A stretch of 51,351 bases of DNA, from IMG/VR virus record IMGVR_UViG_3300020409_000023, positions 1-51,351 of that record. One strand, given 5' to 3'. Position numbers and translations under genes: made by a program. Below the pieces are notes generated by a model that saw only the letters and a program-made list of their open reading frames with translations, made no database searches and was not told the origin of the DNA. This DNA comes from a virus. Lineage: Duplodnaviria; Caudoviricetes. Below are positions 1 to 9,456 of the stretch, piece by piece (position 1 is the stretch's first letter; each line of letters begins with the position of its first letter).

Positions 1-2
1 GC

Positions 3-878
3 TCCAAAACAGATTACGTGTCTATCTACATCTGAAACCATTGTTTGTAATGCAAATGTGGGGGCTAAGTTAGCTCCTGCTAAATCAGTTAAAGCTACCG
101 CTCTAGTGTTAGTGCCATTAGTTTTATCCCAATAATAAATACTTCCTGCTCTAACATTTAATAATAAATCTTCACCAAAATTATCATGTGTCCATAAACG
201 TAATTGATTATTACCACCCAACGAAGAAGAACTTCCCCAACTGCCTGATCCCCAAGCGTCTGCTCCCCAACCAGTAGCGGGTACATAAACATCTAAACCT
301 ACGTTTATTTGGTAAACTCCGTCAACTCCTGAACCTCCGTCTCCTGTATCACTACTATTTGCTGTAACAGTAACTCCAGAAGTATTTTTAGCTGTTATTG
401 TATAAGTGTTAGGACTCGGTACTGTTTGTATTTCATATTCTTGATTTAGAACATTAGAGTTTATATTACCACCTAAACTTACTGCTCCTGATATAGTTAC
501 AAAATCTCCTTGAACAGCACCGTGCGAGGAATCAGTAACTGTTAAAGTGCTAGAGCCGTTAGTCGCTGCAAAAGTTATTGAATTAGTACTGGTTTTTCTA
601 ATAGGCGTAATGTCTGCAAAATCTGTACCTTCTAATATGTAATATTTTACTGTTGTGCCTAAACCAAGAAACTTTGTTCCGTCTAAAGCAACCCAAGCAT
701 GTAATGCTCTACCTGTACCTAAATAAGTAGAAGAAGTAGCTTTAACCCAACCGCCTATTTTTTCAGGCAACCCTTTTTTAAAACGAACTAAATTACTATC
801 AAACCAGCCGCCCTCGTTAGCATATGCAGTGCTTTCTTTGTTGATCCCTGGTCTAAAGATTAATTTTTGAAAAGGCAT
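3..878 (-). CDS. Tail nozzle/stabilisation-type structural protein, 3'-truncated by window edge
   Basis: Not in ORF track. ATG at 878 reads MPFQKLIFRPGINKESTAYANEGGWFDSNLVRFKKGLPEKIGGW... and appears open to the window start. N-terminus resembles podovirus tail-tube/nozzle proteins; lies downstream of tail fibre genes. Confidence 0.7.
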   Translation of the reverse strand, partial: MPFQKLIFRPGINKESTAYANEGGWFDSNLVRFKKGLPEKIGGWVKATSSTYLGTGRALHAWVALDGTKFLGLGTTVKYYILEGTDFADITPIRKTSTNSITFAATNGSSTLTVTDSSHGAVQGDFVTISGAVSLGGNINSNVLNQEYEIQTVPSPNTYTITAKNTSGVTVTANSSDTGDGGSGVDGVYQINVGLDVYVPATGWGADAWGSGSWGSSSSLGGNNQLRLWTHDNFGEDLLLNVRAGSIYYWDKTNGTNTRAVALTDLAGANLAPTFALQTMVSDVDRHVICFG

Positions 879-879
879 T

Positions 880-996
880 TTAATTTTCTCTATTATGAAA
901 CTTTTTTACATATTCTTTTCTTAATTCTTTTTCTTCTTTAATTCTTTCGTTAAATTTTTTATTAATTTCTTTAAGTTCAGAATCTAGTGTTTTCAT
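880..996 (-). CDS. Small charged protein (38 aa)
   Basis: MKTLDSELKEINKKFNERIKEEKELRKEYVKKFHNREN*. ATGA overlap with the upstream stop; fills the gap exactly to the next ATG. Confidence 0.55.
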   Translation of the reverse strand: MKTLDSELKEINKKFNERIKEEKELRKEYVKKFHNREN

Positions 997-2033
997 ACTA
1001 CCCAGTCTGAAGCATCTTGTGCTTTTTTGATGTAACCTTTTACTTGTTTTATTTCAAGAGTTTTTTTATCGTAAACCAAACCATAAGTCCAAATCCAATC
1101 TGTTTCTTTATCTTCTGGTATAGGGTACTTAATACCTTTTTCTTCGCAATATGCTTTCATAATTTCTGGAGTGGTCGAAAAGAAAACATCGTATTCATCT
1201 GCTTCAGTGCCATCTTGAGAATATATTTTTGCAAAATAAGGTTCATTACAATGTGGTAATTGTGGTCTAGGTATAAAAGAATCTGGATTAGTTTGATAAT
1301 TACTGGTCATATCATTATCTCTTATAACCACTTTAAAATACCTTTCACCAGAATCTAAATCGTATTTAAAACCAAACCAAAAACAGTATTTATAATCATA
1401 GTTAGGGCACTTATATTCTGTTAATAATTCTTGAAACCAACTTTTTTTATAGTACATGTGGTAAACAGTAATCGTATTATTAGATTTGTATGGCGGTCTA
1501 ATCGTATGATTGTCTACATATTTTCCAATAATATTATAGGGGTGGTCATAAAAGTCTACTTCACCAGGAAACTTATCATTTACTTTAGTTGTTAATGCTT
1601 CCATTTCTGTTTTTTCTGGAGCTTCAACACCAGCAGCATAATCTATTTTTACTATTTCTTTATCAACATATACTTCATCCCACATAGCACTATTTTTAGG
1701 TACTATTGTTACGTCTTCCCACCATTCGCTAGGTATCTCAATAGTTTCTTGAGCAGGTCTCCAAGCAAAACTTAATCTAGTTACATATTCATCAACTTTA
1801 TACGCCTCGACAAGATAACTTACATCGTCTTCCTCAACATATACGCCATCACTTTTTTGTATTAAAAGGTCTGCACTATCAGGCTTATTTAATTGAAAAT
1901 ATAATTTTTCACCAGACCTATCAGTTAGAGTAAAACTTAATCTGTTAAAAGAAGTACCAGTTTCATCAACATCTGGATAAGTTCCTGTTGTTTCACTACC
2001 TATAGGTTGGTCTGTTAATTTAATTTCACTCAT
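993..2033 (-). CDS. Hypothetical protein in tail-fibre cassette
   Basis: 346-aa ORF with TAATG coupling to the upstream gene; acidic and aromatic-rich; no recognised motif. Confidence 0.75.
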   Translation of the reverse strand: MSEIKLTDQPIGSETTGTYPDVDETGTSFNRLSFTLTDRSGEKLYFQLNKPDSADLLIQKSDGVYVEEDDVSYLVEAYKVDEYVTRLSFAWRPAQETIEIPSEWWEDVTIVPKNSAMWDEVYVDKEIVKIDYAAGVEAPEKTEMEALTTKVNDKFPGEVDFYDHPYNIIGKYVDNHTIRPPYKSNNTITVYHMYYKKSWFQELLTEYKCPNYDYKYCFWFGFKYDLDSGERYFKVVIRDNDMTSNYQTNPDSFIPRPQLPHCNEPYFAKIYSQDGTEADEYDVFFSTTPEIMKAYCEEKGIKYPIPEDKETDWIWTYGLVYDKKTLEIKQVKGYIKKAQDASDWVV

Positions 2034-2653
2034 TAAGATACTGTAACTGTTTGTGTTGTGCCACTAGCTGTAAAAGGAGAAAAATTTGACGAAGCTGTCA
2101 ATATTGTAACAGCTGATACAGGTGAACCAGTCCATTGCCAAAAGGCGAAGTTAGTACCACTGCTAAAAGTAGCATTTGACCTTAGCAACGAATTAGTACC
2201 TATTGTTAAAGTAGTAAACGCATTACTGTCATTAGAAATTTGTGAGCCGACTCCGAATCGCAGTATTGGAGTTCCAGAAACACCTCCAGAACTTGTACCA
2301 ACGTTTTTAAGTTGTGTAATAGTTGCACCACCTAAAAAACCAGAGTTACTTGTTGGCGATAAACTACCCGTAGCTGAATCAAAACCTCTGTTTACAGTAG
2401 TTGTAGTTACATAATTGACAGTGCTTTGAGTTTGTCTATCACCTACTGTTAGCGTCATACTAAATCCTGATGAAGCACCATAAAAATCGTCAAAATCTAC
2501 AGTTGTTCCTTGAGTGCTATTAATAGTTTTTCCAGAAGCAGCAGTCAATCCTCTTATATCAGTATCGTTTAAAGAACAGGTAGTGCCAGTTGTACCACCA
2601 GCTTCAACATGGATAGCGTCTAAACTTAATGCTCCGCTTGTAGGTAATGCCAT
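2033..2653 (-). CDS. Tail fibre-associated / putative receptor-binding protein
   Basis: MALPTSGALSL...DFDDFYG N-terminus typical of small proteins following chaperone-bearing tail fibres; Ser/Thr/Gly-rich C-terminal part. Confidence 0.7.
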   Translation of the reverse strand: MALPTSGALSLDAIHVEAGGTTGTTCSLNDTDIRGLTAASGKTINSTQGTTVDFDDFYGASSGFSMTLTVGDRQTQSTVNYVTTTTVNRGFDSATGSLSPTSNSGFLGGATITQLKNVGTSSGGVSGTPILRFGVGSQISNDSNAFTTLTIGTNSLLRSNATFSSGTNFAFWQWTGSPVSAVTILTASSNFSPFTASGTTQTVTVS

Positions 2654-4344
2654 TATTTATTCTCTAATTCTTTAACCCTAGCTGATAAATCTTTAACTGC
2701 TTCGATCAATACTGCGGTTAGTCTGCTGTAATCCACTGACTTAGTACCCATTTCATCATCAGCAGTTAATACTATTTCTGGTAATATTTTTTCTACTTCT
2801 TGAGCAATAACACCGATATTTTCTCTACCGTCTCTCGTATAAGTTACACCTCTAAGTTGCTCAACTTTAGCCAAACCATCTTCTAAGGTTTCAATATTAT
2901 CTTTTAATCTTTCATCTGAGAAAGCTGTGACGTTATTATTAAAAGTTGCAGCTCCAGCCTCTGACATATCAAGGGTCAGAGCATTTATACCTGAGCCGCC
3001 ATCATTCCCTCTAAATATTATGTCTTTGTCTTGAACAGAAGCTGTAATCAAAAAATCAGAAGATGATTCTGAAAGAGAACCATATTGAGTTGATGAAACT
3101 AAAAGTCTTATGTCTGAACCAGCAGTATCGATTCTAAGGTCGCCTGATGACTGTATATTTCCATCTGAACCATCACTAAATAAAGCCAAATCTGTACCTG
3201 CACCGAAGAGAGCTTTACCATTGTCTCCGAATATAATGTTATTGTTAAAAGTTGCATTTCCTTCTTCGGACATATCAAAAATAACAGCATCTACTGTTGA
3301 GCCACCATCGTTTCCTCTTATTCTTATATCATTATCAGAAACAGAGGAATAAATATCAAAAAATCCAGAATTATCTAAAGACAAGAAAGCTATTTCTGTG
3401 CCTCCGTCTTTAAATACAATAGTTCCTCCATCAGCATCAAGGACAATATCATCTGCAGAATCTATTGTTAAAGAACCAGAACTTAAATCTATTTCTGTGC
3501 CATCAATAGTGATATTGTCTATTGTTACGCCACCATCAAAATCTGCTGATGTTCCAGACACTGCTCCACCAAAAGTAGCACCTGAGTTAAAAGTTGCGGC
3601 ACCCGCTTCTGACATATCTAGTGTTAGTGCAGTAATTCCTGAACCACCGTCATCACCTTTAAATAATATATCTTTATCTTGTACTTTAGACTCTATAACA
3701 AAATCGGATGATGAATTTACAAAATCTCCTATAGCAGTACCGTCGTCTTTAAATGTTACGTTGCCTCCGTTTGCGTCTAAAATAATATCGCCTTCAACAT
3801 CAACAGTTAAATCAGCACCATCAGAAATAGTAGAACCGTTTATCGTAATATCGTCGACTGTTAAAGTAGTTAAAGTTCCTAAACTGGTAATATTGGTTTG
3901 AGCGGCATCTGATACTTTTAAATTAGCAAAAGCATCCACCATAGCACCGCCAGAACCAGCACCATCAGAATAAATAGCTTTTACTTCACCGTTAGGGATA
4001 GTAACAGTCGCACCCGAACCCTGTTTAATTATTATATTTTGTGAACCAGAAGTTGCATTTTCTATAACCCAAAATTTAGAAACAGTATTTGGACCAATAG
4101 TAATAGTACAGGCAGAATCTAACGTACCTGTATATTTAAGAAATATTGATCTTCCTGGATCAGTTGCTCCATCAGCTATTGTAGTTGTATGTGTATCTGC
4201 GTTAGTAGTGATAGCTTCAGTACCGAAACTAAATGCTTCTGCAATTAACTCTAGGTTAGTGTTGGTAATCGTACCCCACGTACCACTAGCGTCTCCAGTA
4301 GCCATTTCGTTTAATCTTAAATCGTTTACATATGTACTTGCCAT
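2653..4344 (-). CDS. Tail fibre with C-terminal intramolecular chaperone (peptidase S74-like) domain
   Basis: Three internal DKDIxFxGxDGGS...LTLDMSEAGAATFN repeats; C-terminal SDERLKDNI...GVIAQEVEKILPEIV...VDYSRL...LIEAVKDL autocleavage chaperone signature. Confidence 0.85.
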   Translation of the reverse strand: MASTYVNDLRLNEMATGDASGTWGTITNTNLELIAEAFSFGTEAITTNADTHTTTIADGATDPGRSIFLKYTGTLDSACTITIGPNTVSKFWVIENATSGSQNIIIKQGSGATVTIPNGEVKAIYSDGAGSGGAMVDAFANLKVSDAAQTNITSLGTLTTLTVDDITINGSTISDGADLTVDVEGDIILDANGGNVTFKDDGTAIGDFVNSSSDFVIESKVQDKDILFKGDDGGSGITALTLDMSEAGAATFNSGATFGGAVSGTSADFDGGVTIDNITIDGTEIDLSSGSLTIDSADDIVLDADGGTIVFKDGGTEIAFLSLDNSGFFDIYSSVSDNDIRIRGNDGGSTVDAVIFDMSEEGNATFNNNIIFGDNGKALFGAGTDLALFSDGSDGNIQSSGDLRIDTAGSDIRLLVSSTQYGSLSESSSDFLITASVQDKDIIFRGNDGGSGINALTLDMSEAGAATFNNNVTAFSDERLKDNIETLEDGLAKVEQLRGVTYTRDGRENIGVIAQEVEKILPEIVLTADDEMGTKSVDYSRLTAVLIEAVKDLSARVKELENK

Positions 4345-4386
4345 GGTTTTTCCTCGTTTTGATTATATTATGTTTTTTACTCCCTG

Positions 4387-5082
4387 TTAAGCAACTTCTT
4401 CATAGTTTGGTGTTTGAGTTGTATTTACAGGACTGTAATTTGGTGTTTGACTTGTGTCTACATTGTTGTAGTTTGGTGTTTGACTTGTATCAACTAAACC
4501 ATAGACTAAAACTCTTCCAAGACTAAACGTTGCTACTTGTCCTGTAGCTAATGTAACAGCTTTCGCTATAACCGTTTCATTACCTAAATTAAGTGTTCCA
4601 GAGAAACCTGTTACAGCTAAATTATTAATAGTAATTAAACTTACAGTTCCTAAAGCAGAAGTCGCACTTGTTCCTGTCGTTGTTAATACAGCTTGTGCAA
4701 CTACAACTTCATCACCTAGATTAGAAGTAGAAGCTACTGCAGATACTCCTGTAACTGCCGCTCCAGCAGTGATAGCATTACCTAATGCAGAAGTTGCTTC
4801 TAACCCTGTTTCTGTAATTAAAGCTGCCGCAGTAACTGTTTCATCACCAAGAGCAGAAGTACCTGCATTTCCTGTAAGTGCTTGTATAGCTTGTGCAACT
4901 ACAGTTTCACTGCCTAAAGCACTGGTTGCTGCTACGCCTGTAACTTGTACAGTATTTGAAGTAGCTTGTGTTATGGTGCCTAAACCAGAAGTAGCACTAA
5001 CTCCTGTAACTAAAACTGGTATTGCTTGGCTCCAAGCACCTTCGTCCCAAGAGCCTCTACCCCAACCAGTTATATTAGACAT
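4387..5082 (-). CDS. Virion structural protein with Ala/Thr/Gly repeats
   Basis: GWGRGSWDEGAW N-terminus, repeated TGxxATSALG units, C-terminal (V-D/N-T-S/T-QTPNY)x3. Confidence 0.75.
   Translation of the reverse strand: MSNITGWGRGSWDEGAWSQAIPVLVTGVSATSGLGTITQATSNTVQVTGVAATSALGSETVVAQAIQALTGNAGTSALGDETVTAAALITETGLEATSALGNAITAGAAVTGVSAVASTSNLGDEVVVAQAVLTTTGTSATSALGTVSLITINNLAVTGFSGTLNLGNETVIAKAVTLATGQVATFSLGRVLVYGLVDTSQTPNYNNVDTSQTPNYSPVNTTQTPNYEEVA
4400..4496. repeat. Three ~33-bp tandem coding repeats (VDTSQTPNY)
   Basis: tttggtgtttga recurs three times at 33-nt spacing. Confidence 0.8.
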
Positions 5083-5087
5083 TTAAC

Positions 5088-5519
5088 TTAAGCTATTCTT
5101 ATAATAGCGTTACTTGCATCAGCAGTAGGAAATTGTATGGTAAAATCTCCATTAGTAGATGTTTTATCTCCACCAAAAGCTAATACACATACTGCTGGGT
5201 CGCCTGAAGCAGTATCGTTAAATATTAACGCACCGTTAGCAGTAACAGTAGCACTACTAAAAGTTAAATCAGCAAAATCAGTCAATGCTGTTGTACCTGA
5301 TGTTGATGGATCAACTCTTGTTAAACTTGCACCTTTAGCTGTGTAATTAGTACCACTAGCTTCGTTAGAAGTAGTGTACGCTGTTGTAGCAGCACCTAAA
5401 GACGCAGAGCTAGTATATAACGCTAATTTAAAATCATTACCGCCTGAGTTTTTAAAATTATGTACCCCTTCTAAAAGTTCTTTTTTAAAAGAAGTACACA
5501 TTGCTTGTGATATAGCCAT
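5088..5519 (-). CDS. Conserved phage structural protein
   Basis: MAISQAMCTSFKKELL...FKLALYTSSASL...LAFGGDKTSTNGDFTIQFP; GGAGG RBS; lies in the structural module. Confidence 0.8.
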   Translation of the reverse strand: MAISQAMCTSFKKELLEGVHNFKNSGGNDFKLALYTSSASLGAATTAYTTSNEASGTNYTAKGASLTRVDPSTSGTTALTDFADLTFSSATVTANGALIFNDTASGDPAVCVLAFGGDKTSTNGDFTIQFPTADASNAIIRIA

Positions 5520-5797
5520 TATAGCCTCCTTATAATTTCAGCCATTTTACAATGACCTTGTTTTTCTAATAAACCTGCTACTGTGCTTCTATCAGAAGCA
5601 ATAGCTTGTTTCATATACAACAAAACGACTTTTTCAATATTTTCTTTAAAAGCTCTAGCTTGTGCTTGTACTAAAGGATCAGCGTTATCACTGACTTGAA
5701 CTAAGCGTTCCATTATTCTTTCTGTCCAATACTCTGGAGTTAATCCTGTATTTTGCGTAGTTTTTACGGCTACGTCACCCACTTTTATTTCATACAT
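5519..5797 (-). CDS. Hypothetical phage protein
   Basis: 92-aa ORF overlapping both neighbours in the structural operon. Confidence 0.75.
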   Translation of the reverse strand: MYEIKVGDVAVKTTQNTGLTPEYWTERIMERLVQVSDNADPLVQAQARAFKENIEKVVLLYMKQAIASDRSTVAGLLEKQGHCKMAEIIRRL

Positions 5798-6458
5798 TAG
5801 ACATTCCTTGTGGGTTTATTTTTAAATTGTCGCCTCTAGCTTCATCCCTAACATCTTTAAACTCACCTAAAACTTTTAACATAGCTAACGCTTCTTGAAA
5901 TTTTTGTTCATACATCATAACGGTTTCTGGTGAAGATTTCATAAATACTGCTCCTTCAACTAACGAACCAAATAATAAAGCGTTAGGTGCATTATCTGAT
6001 AACCAACTTTGATTATCATCTCCTACTGTTGTTACTGAACTAGGTCGGTAATTATAATGTAGCTCTACCGTAAAATTATCTGAAGGAGTGGGGGCTATAA
6101 TAAAACTATCTTGATCGAACTGAGCATAGAAAAGTGGAGCACCTGTAGTAGTAGCATTAGGGGTATAGTCCCTAATCCAAGAAACGTGTTTTAATAATAA
6201 ATAACTATAATTACTACTAGAATCTAAAACCGCTAAACTAAACGGTGATAAAAAATCAGTAGGTTTCGATAAATACGGTGAATTAGCAGATAATGTTCCA
6301 GTAACGTTTTTACGAAACACAGGAAGCTGTACTGTTTTTAAAATACGTTCTTCTGTTGTCTCAATAAAATTATTAATATTATTAACAAACGTTGTTTCTG
6401 AATTATCTAAGTAATCTTGTATTGCTGTTTTTAAACCACTATAAGTAAATCCTGCCAT
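5790..6458 (-). CDS. Head-tail adaptor / tail tubular protein A-like
   Basis: GxPxxY, IAPTP and WLSDNAPNALLFGSLVE motifs typical of adaptor proteins; position after capsid genes. Confidence 0.65.
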   Translation of the reverse strand: MAGFTYSGLKTAIQDYLDNSETTFVNNINNFIETTEERILKTVQLPVFRKNVTGTLSANSPYLSKPTDFLSPFSLAVLDSSSNYSYLLLKHVSWIRDYTPNATTTGAPLFYAQFDQDSFIIAPTPSDNFTVELHYNYRPSSVTTVGDDNQSWLSDNAPNALLFGSLVEGAVFMKSSPETVMMYEQKFQEALAMLKVLGEFKDVRDEARGDNLKINPQGMSNV

Positions 6459-6787
6459 TATCCTGTACTCACGGTTACGGTGCCTACGGCTCCTGTGCTA
6501 AATATTCCTTTAAATTTAGTACCTATGGTGTCATCGGTAGCTAACAAACCACCTTCTACAGTTACTAGCCCTAACTGAGCTTGAGGTAACGGTATTTCTG
6601 GTCTAGGTTGGTGCAATGCCTCTGAATCTACGCTAACAGTCGGCGGGTCTAGTTGTGGGTGTTTTGTCTCATAACATTCAGGACAAGTTTTATAATTATC
6701 CCACGTAGTTTTAGATTTTTTGTAAGGATATCTAAAACCACAAGTATCACAAATAAAGAAAGCATATTTACCTGACGCATATGACAT
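6458..6787 (-). CDS. Zn-ribbon phage protein
   Basis: CDTCGFRY ... CPECYETKHPQL. Confidence 0.75.
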   Translation of the reverse strand: MSYASGKYAFFICDTCGFRYPYKKSKTTWDNYKTCPECYETKHPQLDPPTVSVDSEALHQPRPEIPLPQAQLGLVTVEGGLLATDDTIGTKFKGIFSTGAVGTVTVSTG

Positions 6788-7458
6788 TATATGTACTCAT
6801 GTTTTGGAACAATCTTCAACGGTGAACGGTCTTCATCGTAAGCTATTGCTCTGGCTAAATCTTCTTCGTATTGTTGTTTAAGTAAAGGTACCTTTTGAAT
6901 ATTCTTTTTTAAACAAAGATAATACGCTAACCCTGAAACTAAACAGGCAGCAAACCTAGTAGGTATATCTACATCATTAACCTGTGCTGCAGAATCCTCT
7001 ATAGTACGCCAAACATAGTAAATGAGTTTGTCAGTTGAGTTCTCGGGCGTTGGATAAAGATGAATAACTGGAGATTTTAAACGTTCTAACCAGTATTGAG
7101 TTGGTCTTGCTTGTGTTGATTTATTAGGAATACTTATGTATTCGTTACGGTCTATTCGATCTACTACTAAATCAGTTACAGTATTACTCACTGTTCGCTG
7201 AATATAAGCGTCTAAAATATCGATATCAAAAGAATTTATCGTGTATTCGTTAGTACCTTTAGTAAGAGATAGCTCTACTTTAACTATCTCCCACATTTGA
7301 ATACCTCTATTAGACCAGTCTGCGAACATAACGTTCATAGAACGACGAGCAGTAACACTATCGTAAGACGTACGAGCTTCTAGTCCCGCAAGTTCATACG
7401 CCTCTTCGATAGCTGTTGCTACGTCTAAACCAAATGTACGCGTACCTGATGTTGCCAT
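6787..7458 (-). CDS. Head-tail adaptor / tail tubular protein (P22 gp4/T7 gp11-like, tentative)
   Basis: ARRSMNVMFADWSNRG, RPTQYW, LYPTP and GLAYYL motifs; neck-gene position. Confidence 0.65.
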   Translation of the reverse strand: MATSGTRTFGLDVATAIEEAYELAGLEARTSYDSVTARRSMNVMFADWSNRGIQMWEIVKVELSLTKGTNEYTINSFDIDILDAYIQRTVSNTVTDLVVDRIDRNEYISIPNKSTQARPTQYWLERLKSPVIHLYPTPENSTDKLIYYVWRTIEDSAAQVNDVDIPTRFAACLVSGLAYYLCLKKNIQKVPLLKQQYEEDLARAIAYDEDRSPLKIVPKHEYI

Positions 7459-7460
7459 TA

Positions 7461-7862
7461 TTAATAATTTTTGGTTAACACTAAAATTATTGAATAAGCG
7501 TCTCCATTACTAGCACTAACTGTGGTAAAATCTATATCACCAGTTACGCCAGAACCTGCGTTATTAGGTATACCACCAAACGTATCATATTCTTCGTCTC
7601 CCGTGCTGTCTGCAGGTAAACAAATCGCTAACACATTTGTTGAAGCATCGAACTCAATATCGACGCCCATACCTCTACACGCCCAATAAATCCTTTTTAT
7701 AGTTACTGAAGAACAAGCATTACCTGCTCCGTCTGTTGATAAAGCGGAAACATCTACTTTTTTAACAGAGGCTTCTCCTGTACCGTCTGATTCATTAGTA
7801 AACTTCACGACGGCGGTTTTAACGCCGTCTATGATAGTTTGACTTGTTACTGTATCAGCCAT
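7461..7862 (-). CDS. Virion structural protein
   Basis: 133-aa beta-rich ORF in the structural operon; GGAGG RBS. Confidence 0.75.
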   Translation of the reverse strand: MADTVTSQTIIDGVKTAVVKFTNESDGTGEASVKKVDVSALSTDGAGNACSSVTIKRIYWACRGMGVDIEFDASTNVLAICLPADSTGDEEYDTFGGIPNNAGSGVTGDIDFTTVSASNGDAYSIILVLTKNY

Positions 7863-7875
7863 AAGTTACCTCCTA

Positions 7876-8382
7876 TTATGCGTCAGCAAATGGTGTAACT
7901 ATAGTGCCTGAACCTAAAATTATACCTTCGACAGCGTATTTAGCTGAACCGATAGCAGTAACTTTAACAATACTACCCGCTAGTCCACCTTTAGTAGAAC
8001 CATTCATAGTAATAACATCATTAGACGCACCAGAGATAAAAGTTTTACCTGTAGCGTCATCTTTACCTGTATATAGTCCACCAACAAATTTGTCAGTACC
8101 ATCAGTTAAAATATCCATGTCAGTCGCTGCTGTTTCTACTACAAAAAAGAAACTAGCTCCTAAATTATTTAACTGACTAGGTTCATCGTCTCTTCCAGGA
8201 GCAGTAGCTACAATACTAGGTAAAGTAAATTTACCGTCAGCGTCATTACAAGTTAATATTTTTCCTGCGTGAGCGTCTACCGTTAAAGTAGTGTCTGCTG
8301 TTAAACTGACCACATTAGCATTACCTGCGGAAATAAATCCTGCAAGTGATCTAACTGGTCCACTAAATGTTGATTTTGCCAT
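7876..8382 (-). CDS. Virion structural (head fibre/decoration-like) protein
   Basis: MAKSTFSGPVRS N-terminus common to genes directly after this capsid type; AAGGAG RBS. Confidence 0.75.
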   Translation of the reverse strand: MAKSTFSGPVRSLAGFISAGNANVVSLTADTTLTVDAHAGKILTCNDADGKFTLPSIVATAPGRDDEPSQLNNLGASFFFVVETAATDMDILTDGTDKFVGGLYTGKDDATGKTFISGASNDVITMNGSTKGGLAGSIVKVTAIGSAKYAVEGIILGSGTIVTPFADA

Positions 8383-8399
8383 ATTAAGTCTCCTTAATT

Positions 8400-8460
8400 G
8401 AATCTATCGTCTTGGCTTGTCTGCTAGGGCAGTCGATAGATATGTTGTAATATCCCTAGT
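8400..8460 (-). ncRNA. Mu-gpT-DE-like structured RNA (pseudoknot)
   Basis: - strand CUAGGG...AUCUAUCG-A-CUGC-CCUA-GCAG-ACAAGCCAAGA-CGAUAGAU: 8-bp outer stem and an inner hairpin whose loop pairs with upstream CUAGGG. Lies directly downstream of a gpT-like capsid gene, the context that names the Mu-gpT-DE motif. Confidence 0.6.
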
Positions 8461-8488
8461 TGTTTTGTCATTCTAGCTCATCCATTTC

Positions 8489-8518
8489 AAAAAAGAAAGG
8501 GAGCCGAAGCTCCCTTTC
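8489..8518 (-). terminator. Rho-independent terminator after major capsid gene
   Basis: GAAAGGGAGC-TTCG-GCTCCCTTTC followed by a T run on the - strand (cUUCGg loop). Confidence 0.9.
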
Positions 8519-8535
8519 CTAAATAACGTAAGTGA

Positions 8536-9444
8536 TTACGCTCCTGGTGATCCAAAGATTCCTCTCCAGTCACTAAAACCAAAACTATAACGTTCTCTCG
8601 CCTTATATCTAACGTTACCAGTTTCGAAGTCTCCTTCCATACTGGTTGCTACAGGTGATCTAACGAAGTGTTTAAGTCCGTTAGGAACATCAGTTTTGAT
8701 GAAGAAAGCGTCAGTATCTGTTAAATAATGATTAACTACGTAACCTTCTGAGACCATGCCCATGTTACGAATAGCGTTAATATCATTGTCAGATGTACCA
8801 ACTCTTCCAGGAGTTTCCATCAGTCTGTCTGCTACGAATTGCAAAGCAGGTGGTATGATTAACCTTCTTGCTTGTGCATTGATCTTTAAGTTTCTTTCAT
8901 CTCTGAAGTCAGCGATATCTATTAACGCTTGTTCGAGTGAAGTTTCATTAAGATCAGCTGCAGTAGACAGCTCGTTTCTCAATTCAACGTTTGCAACAGT
9001 TGGATGGTCTGTAGCACAAAGCTCTTTTCCATCACCACCAACGAATGAAGAACTAAACGCATTGTTTAATACGTTAGCTGCTTTCACTTGTTTTGTTTGT
9101 TGCATAGAACGTGCTAAAGCTCTTGTGTATCTAGAAGAAAGAGTATCGTAGAGATTATCTTCGATAGCTTCTTCTGTTAACGCAAACGCTAAAGCTACGG
9201 TTTCATGAGTGTAACGAGAGGTAAATGATTCTTGTGCAGTCTCATATACCACCGCGGCTCCTTCACCTTTTACAGGTGCTTCCCCGAATCCACTTAACAT
9301 AACTTCTTCTTCGAAAGCTCTTTCTGAGGTTTCTGTGTCGAAGATGTCTTCGTGTTCATCGTTGTAACGTTCGTACTCTAATCCGAAAAGAGCATGAAGT
9401 CCAGGAACAAGTTCTTTTACGAGTTGTGCTCTGTTAATTGCCAT
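8536..9444 (-). CDS. Major capsid protein (Mu gpT-like family)
   Basis: MAINRAQLVKELVPGL...GGDGKELCATDHP...RYKARERYSFGFSDWRGIFGSPGA; biased codon usage; AAGGAG RBS; followed by a terminator. Confidence 0.9.
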   Translation of the reverse strand: MAINRAQLVKELVPGLHALFGLEYERYNDEHEDIFDTETSERAFEEEVMLSGFGEAPVKGEGAAVVYETAQESFTSRYTHETVALAFALTEEAIEDNLYDTLSSRYTRALARSMQQTKQVKAANVLNNAFSSSFVGGDGKELCATDHPTVANVELRNELSTAADLNETSLEQALIDIADFRDERNLKINAQARRLIIPPALQFVADRLMETPGRVGTSDNDINAIRNMGMVSEGYVVNHYLTDTDAFFIKTDVPNGLKHFVRSPVATSMEGDFETGNVRYKARERYSFGFSDWRGIFGSPGA

Positions 9445-9456
9445 GATCTATTCTCC

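Noticed and set aside
2653-4344. Tail fibre repeats as DGR template/variable repeats
   Set aside because: No reverse transcriptase in the window; the repeats are in-frame protein repeats, not an adenine-specific TR/VR pair.
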